Assembly: GCA_965113315.1 (NCBI GenBank)
Contig: OZ220368.1
Strand: one strand, 5' to 3'
Source: Podarcis vaucheri
Taxonomy: Eukaryota
Length of the DNA stretch: 64,000 nucleotides
Below the pieces are notes generated by a model. That model was not told the origin of the DNA. It saw nothing but the letters and a program-made list of their open reading frames with translations, and did no database searches. Position numbers and translations under genes: made by a program. Position 1 is the stretch's first letter, and each line of letters starts with the position of its first letter. This document shows positions 1 to 10,300 of this stretch, in pieces.

Positions 1-2213
1 GAAGCTTGGGTACGATCTGGGAGCAAGCGGATTTTACTGAGAAGTAACTCCCATTCAGTTCTAAAGTAATCCTAGGAACACTTGTGTTGGATGGAATGGG
101 CCTCTTTGACAAGTTCCATAGATTTCATTGAGCCATCAGCACTATGCAGGCATTCTTATTTTCATTTGATTATAATTGCATGAGGGAGAGCCTACACAAA
201 TACATCCGGCTCCCTGCTGCAGACATTTGCCCTCCAGTGTGTGGTGGGCAAAGGGTTGTTGATGATGAGGCGACCAAGGGGGAGGAGCTAGCTGGCACAC
301 AATCACTCTCCCCCCCCCCGCCACCTCAGTGCGTGAGGAGAAGAATGCCCGAATATGGCTTTAGTCACACAACCAATTTTTGCTGGAATGTGCCCAATGT
401 GGCTTTAGCAGTATTGTTTTCAAAACTGGGCCATTACCCAATGCTACATATTGTTGAAAAAATATATGATTTCATTAAAACTTTCCATTTGTAAAACATC
501 AGAGCAAAACTGAACATTGACAAGCATTATTTTGATAATTTTTGTGCCAGTAATTTTTTTTTAAAAAAAACCACGCTGCACATGTAGCATGGAAATTGTA
601 TTTATATTGTATTGTATTTCTTAACAAGCTTTCATTTCTGTTGTTGAGAAATGACGAAATGCTTTAATCAAAACAGAATTCTCCATCCAAGTGAAAAAGA
701 TCTGAATGTATACAGTGCACATTTTGATAAAACTCTCCAGCTAACAGCAATTCTGTTCGCAAAACTGACTTTTTAAAAACCTTGACATGCATCCTTGTTT
801 TGTAAAATTACAAAGTGCATGCTGTAAGTGCCATATTTCTTCAATTGTGCTCTTCCAGCAGGAGAGAGGGGCAAGGTCTAAGGCAAAGAGCTACAGCAAA
901 TCAAGTCCCTTTGTTGCTCAGGGCAATTGGTGTCTACAGTAAAGTCTTATTCACATGACTTGTGGCTTATTGTCGTTCAAGAGCCTGACTGTAGGCATAA
1001 ACTGCTAATTTTGTAGTTACTGTCATCAACCAAAATTTGATGGTAGGCCGCAGATTCCACAATCAGGACACAAGTGTGGGCTTGAGTGTGCACAATATTG
1101 TATGGTAGACAAGGGCCTGCCGGTGCACCGGGTGAGGAGTGTATTTTGTGTGTGTGAGGTAGTAATGAAAGAAAGAGCCTTTTCCCATCCTCCATTTTGA
1201 TTGAGACCCTCTCACTACCCAAATATTTATGTTTCATGGGTATGTTGTGGCGGCCCACAATTGAGGCATAGCCAAATGCAAGGCAGGTAAGAACAGAGAT
1301 ACCGCCGCTATTTACTTTCTGAGAAAGAGAAGAGTGGGAGAGAAAGGTGGGCATGTATAGTAAAAACGAAACAAACAATGTCAAAAGTAGGCCTTGTGTT
1401 GCAGGCCGAGATTAAATGTAGGTTTAGGGATGTGAAGTTGTAGTCCGTCCACAATCACTGATAGTTCCACACAGATCGGACCACTACAGCACTGCAAGAA
1501 GGTCCACAAAAAATTATTACCCCCTCCCCCATTGTCACTAATCTGCTTGCAGTAATGAATCATGTTATGTAAAACCTATGCGCCACAGTGCCTGCTTGAC
1601 ATTTTTGTTAGCCAGAGGTGATCCAGTGAGTAGCTATTTACAACCTCGGACCAGTACATTTCAAGCATTTATTCAGATTATCAATAAAGAATTTACAGAT
1701 AGGTTTTGATCTGCTAGAAAGGGCCACAGCCTTTTCACAAGATGGGAGTGCCAAAAGGCATTCTTGGCAACTGCTACAACCTAGACCTTCATATGTTATT
1801 AGAAGAAATCAAAAATATGAGGAATATGTTTGGTCAGGATATTTTTTTCTAAAGGTTTATCAATATTTTGCTTTGTTGATTTGATTTTCGAAAACATTTC
1901 ATGTGTCTAGGCACTCACCCTAACACAGGGCTGCCATGATTAAAAAAAAAAAGTGATGGTGAAGGACCATATACACTGCCCTAAACTCCTTAGAGAATTG
2001 TGGGGGAAATATAAATAATGTTCTTAATTTCTAAAAAATAAATGAGAGACTGCATGCTCTAGATATCAGTCTTTTTTGAAAACAGTAGCCAAAATTAGCC
2101 TTGTATGCAATTTCAGTACAACACAGAGTAATACAGAATTTTCTTGAAAGCGAGAAGGAAGAGAAAACAATCAGGCTGAAGTTGATTCGCTTCTAGGAAA
2201 ATCTATGCCTGTA

Positions 2214-2430
2214 CAGTGGTTACGAACTTAGTTCGTTCCGGAGGTCCGTTCTTAAGCTGAAACCATTCTTATCCTGAGGCGCGCTTTTGCTAATGGGGTC
2301 TCCTGCTGCGCAGGCGCCTCCGGCGCACAATTTCCATTCACATCCTGGGGCAAAGTTCGCAACCAGGAGCAGCTACGTCCGGGGTAGCGGAGTTCGTAAC
2401 CCAAAGCGTTCGTAAACAGAGGTACCACTG
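2214..2430. mobile_element. Tc1/mariner (Tigger/pogo-like) MITE with damaged left TIR
   Basis: TA|cagtggt... and ...gaggtaccactg termini; internal sequence (gctaatggggtctcctgctgc, catcctggggcaaagttc) is homologous to the copy at 18006-18248. Confidence 0.8.
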
Positions 2431-2884
2431 AACACAGGTCAAACTTTTCATTTTATTTGCAGTTTGCAGGCTTTTGAAAGCGCAGTTCATAGTGTGACTG
2501 CTTTGAAAGACAATACCGTTGACAATATAATATAAAATTTTCGGGCAGTAATGTTACTCTAGAAAGAAACACTAACAGTTTTTCCTGGACTGTAGAGGTA
2601 CCCCATATTATAACACCCAATGAATCAAGATCCAAAGAAAATAATAGGTTCAAACAAATTCATTGACAAACCCTGATATGTTTCCCAGCTAAAATACAAT
2701 CTTCAACAAATATTTAGTTTTTCTGTTACAGAAAACTTTATTGCATTGCTTTTGCATGAGTACTATTAGAGGTATAAGAATCACTCAGCAAATAAGGCCT
2801 GGTCTCACAAATGAAAGCACGATAGGGAATTGAGAGCCTTTCCTGCAGAAATGTTTAAATTAGATTTTCCCTTCATTTAAGGCA

Positions 2885-3402
2885 AAGCAGTAGGACTTAC
2901 CTATGCATAACATGATAGCAGGATTGCAGCCTTGGGCCACAATTCTGCATAGGGTTAGATGTGCCTAACTAAGCTCCATGATTTCAGTTGGTTCTAAGAG
3001 TGCATAAATGTGCATTAGGTTGTGGTTTCTGTCTGATAAAAACATTTTGAGTTTTTCTTTCTACTACTGCTGCTCTTCATAAGGTTTTGCAAGAAGTAAG
3101 TAAGTTAAATATTGTGGCATTTGGATACGTTTTTACAATTCAACCTATTAATCTTTACTCAGGAGAAACATGAATATTGAATCTGTGGAGGCCATGCTAT
3201 GCATGTGTACATGGAAGCAAGTCCGACCAATTTCGATGGTGGAATACTTAAGGTATTTTGCTTTGTGTTCAGTGGGATTTGCATCCAAATAAACATTCAT
3301 TGGATTGCAGCTTTTACAGCCCAATTCTAATAATGGCTTCTCAGGAATATGCTTCATTGATTTCAATAGGCCTTACTACTTAAATAAATTTAGGATTGTA
3401 GC
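2885..3402. repeat. Cluster of old ~90-bp imperfect palindromic repeats (unclassified)
   Basis: Several degenerate units ending in ggattgcagc/ggattgtagcc, sharing motifs with copies at 5422, 28048 and 37478. Confidence 0.5.
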
Positions 3403-3767
3403 CACAGTGGGACAAGAGCAGCACTTGGTTGTAGCAGCAGAAACATTCATGCTTCTCTTGTATGCAAAATGGCTGTCTAAAACTCTGTTTCTATCCCTCA
3501 CAAAGTAGTGAACTTGAAAACTTAATGGTAGCACATGTGCCCTGTAACCAGATGATCTGTAAGTTTAAGGAAAATGCCTTATTTCTTAAGGCCGAGAAAA
3601 ACTGAAGAACTGTCTGCATTCATATGGACTCCCTCTTTTGCTCAGATGTTAGGCTGAGGAGCTGCTCTGGTTCCCCTGCCTTTGGAAGTTGGGGGACAGG
3701 GTCTTCTCTGTTCTACAGCTGAAGCACTATGGCATTCCTCCTCATACATGTATGGCATCTATTAGAC

Positions 3768-4262
3768 CAGGGGTCTGCAACCTTTAAGACAAAAAGAGCC
3801 ACTTGGACCTGTTTCCGAAGGAAAAAAAAACCTGGGAGCCGCAAAACTCGTCATTATAAAAATAGCTTTTTTGTCACTTTTTTATTATTTGTTTGTTTGA
3901 CCCCTCAGAATTACTCCTCCTCATAGAAATAAACGTTAAATTAACAAGTTACCTTTTTTTGCGTGTGTGTTCTTCACTCCCCTTCAAAACAGTGACCAGC
4001 GTACATGCCCCCTTTCAATGCAGTGACCAGCGTACATGCCCCTTACAATGTAGTGGGCGGGTGGGAAGGTGATGTCGGGATGGTGTGTGACTAACGCACG
4101 CTCCGTCCCCATGCGACGTCACAGCCAGTACAGCGCCCGCCACAGTGGGGAGTGTCGGGGCGCACAATGCGCCTCCTCCCCTCGCTAGTATCCGCCCCGG
4201 AGCTGCGGCAAAGGTGTAAAAGAGCCACATGCGGCTCCGGAGCCGCAGGTTGCAGACCCCTG
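3768..4262. mobile_element. hAT (Charlie-like) non-autonomous DNA transposon
   Basis: Perfect 16-bp TIRs caggggtctgcaacct / aggttgcagacccctg; perfect 8-bp TSD tattagac (3760-3767, 4263-4270); CpG-rich interior. Confidence 0.93.
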
Positions 4263-5421
4263 TATTAGACAGAGCAACCACCACATCTAAAGTCTTGTCA
4301 GATAGGTGTGGCCAGCATGGGGTTGGGGGCAGCAATTCTCTCCCCCCCCTCCAAGCCCATCTTTTTTTTTAAAAAAAAAAAATCTCTCGCATTGACTCCA
4401 ACGAGACAAAAATAACTGGGGCTGGTGTAGTTTTGGACACTCCACCCCCCACCCCGGAGGAGGAGTGTCGGGAAGAAGGGGGCTTAGGAACTTCTGGTTC
4501 CTTGCCTTTCCTGACATACTCCTATTTTGGCCCCCACAACCTGTGCAACATCTACACCCATGGGATCTTCAGATGAAGGGTGGTATACAAATTTTAATAA
4601 CAACAACAACAACATACTAGGGGAACCTCCAGTGGCCTTTGTGCTGTCCATTCAAGGGCCTTTCCTGTGGCCCCTCAGCTGGCTGAATGCTGGCTGTAGG
4701 ATTGCACCCTTAATATAAACACCAGGTAAAATATATATAATTTATTTGATCTTTCAGAGGCATTTAACTGTGGATAGCTTTTAGTAGTGCTGATTTCTGT
4801 CCATTTATGTTGGGTCATTTTAATTAGACTTAAGGCAAACTAGAATGAATCAGATCTCCCCCCCCCCTTTTTTTTCTTTTAAAAAGGATCAGAGCAGCCA
4901 CAAGAGGCTGGGAATTCAAATCAGGACCATGACTGCTAGGAGATGGTGTTTTAAACTTTCCACCAATCCAGTTTCCTGGTCGAAATCCACCCCGCCCCCC
5001 CCCCCATTACAGCCATTTCTCCACAGGGCAAAATATAACATAGGGTTGACTTCAGCTGGGAAAATGGCACAGGTGAAAACCATCCCACAGGACTGTAATC
5101 CTGATCTGAATCAGGCCTTGTCCCAAGGCAGCTGGATCTATCTCTTTACCTCACCTCAAATGTAGGTGATGGTTATTTTATTATTTATCTGTATTTTATA
5201 TTTTTATTTGTTTTATTTTTTAATGTATGGAATAAGGCAACATCAATATCCTTAAGTAGAAAGAAGGCATAGAAATATTCCCCAAAAAATGTCTTATTTA
5301 AGCATATATATTCAGTGTTCTCTGAATAGATCAGGATCATTGTTACTGAGGGGTTGGTAAATACAGGTAAGGGCATTTTTGATCTATTAAATGTATCCAG
5401 AAGATAAGAGCTGGGATGTAC

Positions 5422-5516
5422 TAAGGCTGCAATCCTAAAGACGCTTACTAGAAAGTAAGCCCAACTAAACATAGGGGGACCCTCTTTTGAATAACTATGC
5501 TGATAATTGTGTTGCA
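5422..5516. repeat. Old ~90-bp imperfect palindromic repeat (unclassified)
   Basis: taaggctgcaatccta...cttactagaaagtaagcccaac; same family as the other copies in the window. Confidence 0.55.
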
Positions 5517-6099
5517 TATTATTAATAATAATAAACCTGGGTGAATTCTGCTGCTCTTTTACAAGCCAGTCCTACACATACATACTGGAAAGTATGGTTT
5601 TAGTGAGAGCAAAATTCAAGGCAAATTTGAAGAGACCTGCAAAGCATTTAGGGAAATGAAAAGGATCTCAGTACGATTAGCAAAAATGGTCAAGCTTTCC
5701 AATCTCTCAGTATAATTTTTTTAAGCCATTTCCAAGTAAATAAACTAAGGGTCAGGTGTGAAAAGTACTTTATAACGTTTATGAAGCCTAATCCTATGCT
5801 TCGGGTTGCAAGTGTGAGGACATTTTTACTTACGTTAATTAAAAATAAATTGAGTCTCCCCCTCACTCTGCGTGTGCTCAGGCAAATGTTTTTTTAATAC
5901 TTGTCAGAAAGTGGTAGGAAGCCATTTCAAAGTTATTCAGGCTAATATAAGTATTTCATTGGCATTACAAATAGGAGAAATGCAAAGAAACCGGACTTAA
6001 GTCTCATGAGTGAAAACAACCCTAATCATCCCCCCATATTCACAACAAAATTGTATGGGCCGCTTCCCATGTTATCTGGGATCAAACACACATTTAATA

Positions 6100-6960
6100 T
6101 TTCCTGTGCACCTTGAGAGGAGCAGCGGCCAGTCCTGCTGCATGCACCTGTGTGATACCTACAACGATCCCTGCAGGTTTGTGGCACACAGACGCACGAT
6201 ATGTGCCCATTAAATTGTTTGGTAAAATATATTAAGGTATGACATAGCAGCGTGGCCACTCTTTCAGCAGGGTCTTTAAAACCAGAATCGGTAGTCTAAC
6301 ACAAGGGCTATTAGCGAAAACTGAACAACCCAAAACACGGAAAACTAAGAAAAATATGTACCCCTTATTATCCCCCTCCCTTAAATATATAAGAAAGGAG
6401 GGGAAACTTAACACATTAAAAGTGCGGAGAAATCACGATTTCAGGTATTAAAGGCCCCCAAAAGTGACTTGAGAGAGGGGCCTCGCTTCCTTTTGCTTGC
6501 CTCGATTCAAAAAAACCTTTCCTTCCCCTCTCCTCCGCGCTCCTCGCCCGTGGCTTCCTTTCCCATTCAGGACCTGTGGGCTTGGAAAAGAGCTGCACCT
6601 GCTTTAGATGGATTATGGTAGAACTGGAAGTAACTCTCTCTCTCTCTCTCTCTCTTTCCCCCCTCCCCTCCCTTCCCAGCTCTCAAGTCACATCTCCAGT
6701 ACAGACACAACCCCTGTGATTAGAGGCTGATCTCCACATCTGAATGGGACAGAGAGAGGAGGGACCCGAGACATAAGATTGACTCCCCCCTCCCCCCCCG
6801 CCCGCCTCTGAGACTTCCATTGAGGAAAACGGAACAGGAGAAAGGGGTGAAGGAAGAAGAAACGGGACCCCCCCCCCGAATACAATAAGAGAAGAAAGCG
6901 GCAAAGCCTTTGGCAAGAGAAAAGTATGATCATGCCTGAACTGTGTTAGTGCTTTCTCTC
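6100..6960 (+). promoter_or_regulatory. Probable FOXP4 promoter (CpG-retaining, GC-rich, polypyrimidine and C-run tracts)
   Basis: Local CpG retention against a CpG-depleted background, (CT)n tract at ~6634-6655, GC-box-like ccccgcccgcc at ~6795-6805, directly upstream of a GGC/CAG-rich leader and a splice donor. The TSS cannot be fixed from sequence. Confidence 0.6.
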
Positions 6961-6991
6961 CTCTCTCTCTGTCGGCTTGCTTCTCCCTCTT

Positions 6992-7026
<35 letters not shown>

Positions 7027-7036
7027 CTCTCTCTTT
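6952..7036. repeat. (CT)n polypyrimidine microsatellite
   Basis: Interrupted CT dinucleotide run. Confidence 0.95.
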
Positions 7037-7121
7037 GTCTCCGAGGTGTTTAACTTTGGGGGAACCTCGGGCTGCTGGGAGCTGGAGGCATTTCTGCTCC
7101 GCAAGGGACGAAGCTGGACGA

Positions 7122-7181
7122 GGCGGCGGCGGCGGCAACGGCGGTAGCAGCGGCGGCGGCAGCAGCAGCAGCAGCAGCAGC
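7122..7181. repeat. Compound (GGC)n/(AGC)n trinucleotide repeat in the putative 5' UTR
   Basis: ggcggcggcggcggcaacggcggtagcagcggcggcggcagcagcagcagcagcagcagc. Confidence 0.95.
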
Positions 7182-7279
7182 AAAGAGGCAGCCACATGCT
7201 CCAAGTGGGGGGTGTTAAAAGTTGAGACCCGATTCCAGGCGCTGTAGATCGAAACAGGTTGGTGGGATCTTTTAACAGT

Positions 7280-7321
7280 AGCAGCAGCCGCCGCAGCAGC
7301 AGCAGCAACAACAACAACAAC
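7280..7321. repeat. Compound (CAG)/(CCG)/(CAA) trinucleotide repeat just inside putative intron 1
   Basis: agcagcagccgccgcagcagcagcagcaacaacaacaacaac. Confidence 0.95.
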
Positions 7322-10300
7322 CCTCCCCTCCCCCCTCTTCTTAAACTTTCAGTGCTAGTTTAGTTTTTAATCCATACAGTAGTTCCTTCCTCTTTCTCTC
7401 TACCCCCCCCCCCCAGCCGCGCGCACTCTTCTGCTTTAAAGAGATATATATATACCTTGCATTGAATATTTGCGATCAGGAACGACTTAAAGTTGATAAA
7501 CTGGCCGGTCTGTTGCGCCTGCCCCCCAGGTGTTTTGGAAAAAGCAGGTGTGTAGAGGAGGCTGAGATTTATGCTTTGTTGATTCCCTCCCTTCTCCCTC
7601 ACCCCCCTTTCCCGCATCCTTCCTTACTCTCTTTCTCCCTCTGAGATTGCAACCTCAAGGATGTTAGGGTGTGTATGTGGAAAATATATATATATAGAAA
7701 AACTACTTGGCGAAGGCAGCCTCCTCTCGGTTTAATTTATCAGTGCCTTTTAGTAAAAGAGACGCGTGAAAGTTCGGGGTACCCGGAAAACGGAGCACTC
7801 CAGACAAAGAGAGGTGCTGGTGGAAATAACTTTTCAGCTGGGATTTACAGAGGGTGGCATGGAAACCAAAGGAATCGGATATGTGAGACTAGTTGGGGGT
7901 GTTGGAAAGCTTTTCTCTTTGTTCATGGGGGGAGCTGTGAGGATGGGAGGCAGGGATAAGAGGTTCTTGCTTATAGGGAAAATGAAGGAAGAAGCATGCA
8001 GTGAGTGGATTTTTTTTTTTTTTTTGTTCCTCTGTTTTGTGAATGTGAAGAGGGGTGGGGAGTAGATGTTGCAAAACCGCTTTGGGGTTTCTGCAGATCA
8101 ATCAGTCCTGTAAGTGTGTCTTTGAATTACAATTTATTGTGATTGACAGGATGGATAGGCTCAAAGGCACTCACATTTATGGTCTTCTTGAGTACACATT
8201 TAGAGTGGGGGTGAGATCCTGAATTGGGATAGCAGAATTTCTTGTCTTCCCCACTCTGAAATAACTTTTTCCTGGCAAACAAGTTGGCAACGGATAGGAA
8301 AGTTTTTTTTCTAGTGAAAAGATCGGCTCTCTGGCTTAGGTCTATTCTTTAGGGTAATAAAACTTTGAGGTGGTAGAGATGCTAGAAAAATATTTCATAA
8401 ATCCTGAATTCCCCTTATTTCTTACCGGTTTTTATACGGTGGCTGAAATTTAAATTTGCTTTATTCTAAATAACAAGTCTAAAAAAAAACTTTTAATGGC
8501 TCTTTAAATTATTATTTCCTGCTGGGAAGGTAGCAATAAATATACTCTGTTGTTACAGTAGTTCACTTCATCATCTACATTCTTAAATGAGCTTATCTTC
8601 CTCGTTTTATATATTTCTTAAATGCACAAAACGTATGTATTGCTGTCAGGTAATGTTTTTGGCCCAATCAGTCTTTCAGTCTATCTCCTTAGCTTCTTGT
8701 CGGTTTGTCTTCTACTCCCACCTTTAAATGCCACCTCTGAATTAGAAATGTTTCTAATAGCCCTTAGAGCAGCAAACTTGAACTAAAATTAGCAAAGAAA
8801 TGATCGTATCCATTGTTCACTATAATACAATGTGATGCCATCCCAGTGCTCCCTAAAAGGGGGGGGGGGAAACCTATATAAATTTTTATATAACCTATAT
8901 AAAAGTGGGAAAGGTGCAAATATATATAATTTAAATGCCATGGTGATTGAAACTTGAAAGGGGAAATTTTATATTCAGACTTAGGAGCTTAGAAGTGATG
9001 TTCTCGGTTTATCTGTATAGGTTTCGCCTAACTGAGAAAACTTTTTAAAAGCACAAATCTTAAAAAACAACCTAAAACATCAACATATTTTTTTAAAAAA
9101 GGAGCTCAATAGATATTTTGCTGTGATTGTGAATTGGGACTGGGTCTTCTAGTAGGTTTATCATAGTTTTGTGAGCATTAGTCGGTCATTAAGAGAAAGG
9201 GAGCAAATTCATTACCAGCCTTTCTTGGGCAGCTGAGAAGTTTCAAGTAATAATTATTTTAAAACTTGTAGTTGACATGGGTCTGTGAAGATAATGCTCA
9301 ATTTCTATCATCATTTTCATCACCATTGACACACAGCAGAATAATTAATAAAGTTACGGATCTTGGTTGTTTTATAAATTTTCATAAGTGATAAAGTTCT
9401 GAATGCTACGTAACGCAGATGAGTTCAAATATGGGGGGGAGTGTTAAAAATGGTTTTATTTTGGCAGACCATTTTTTGGGTATGTGATCTGAAACAAAAA
9501 CTCCCATTGAATTTGGTATTTAAAAAATGAAATCATTTAATCATCTCTCCTCAAGTTCAAAATAAACTTCAAATGGATGAGAATAGGTATACTAATTCAT
9601 TAGAGACACTTAGACTCTAAAAGATCTTTTGAAGCGCAGTATTACAAGGAATGCATTTGACAAACTCATAGTGAGATTTGTCTCTTCTTAATTTAGCCCT
9701 AAGGAATTTCACTACAGATCCCATTCCAGGGTCCATTGCTGACTTCAATCAAGTGCTCAGTCCGAAATACTGTTTCTTTGGAGACAAAAATTTACTCCAG
9801 TTTTTAGCAATGGCTTATAACTTCAGTTTAATGCTTTCAGAAAAGCTGTGGGGTGTACAATAAAAAAGAATTATTACATTGTGTTAAAAGGTGGGTATAA
9901 TCAACAACAGAAATAGTGTAGTATTCTACAGATATATTACTACATGTTAAAACATTTACACAAAAAGGGGCTTGTGTTGCTCACAGGCCATTTTCTGTCA
10001 AATTGTCACAGTGTGTTACTTCCTTAGGCACTGGGCCCTGTGAGTTGTGTATGCTGCCTGCAGTAGCATCCAGGATCCTAAACCGTTTTTACACATATTT
10101 AACATTTCTTAATTTCTGTTAATTGTACTTTAAACTGAGAGCATATATTGCAGGTGAGTGATGCTTGTATAACATGATTTAAAATATTTAACCCCCTTCC
10201 CCTCTCAAGTTTTTAAAAAACCCAGTCAGATTTAAACTAAGAAAGATGGTCAGAACCAGATTCATAATTTTTTGTGCAAACCAGGTCCGGGGGGGGTGTG

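Larger units (their letters stand above)
6680..7257 (+). other. FOXP4: Probable non-coding exon 1 (5' UTR) of FOXP4; 5' boundary approximate
   Basis: GC-rich leader with (CT)n and GGC/CAG repeats ending at donor-like aaaCAG|GTTGGT (GT at 7258-7259); the only promoter-like region upstream of the coding exon in this window. Confidence 0.55.

Noticed and set aside
144-1384. ORFs of 116 aa and 135 aa upstream of the promoter
   Set aside because: No recognisable homology, splice structure or codon pattern; treated as random ORFs.
6683-7320. Long minus-strand ORFs (173 aa, 124 aa) over the promoter/leader
   Set aside because: They are translations of (CT)n and GGC/CAG microsatellites (poly-L/P/ER/C runs) with no recognisable domain.
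7280-7345. Apparent FOXP-like polyQ coding stretch (QQPPQQQQQQQQQ)
   Set aside because: Immediately preceded by an in-frame TAG and soon followed by a stop, no acceptor, and 41 kb upstream of the real start codon.
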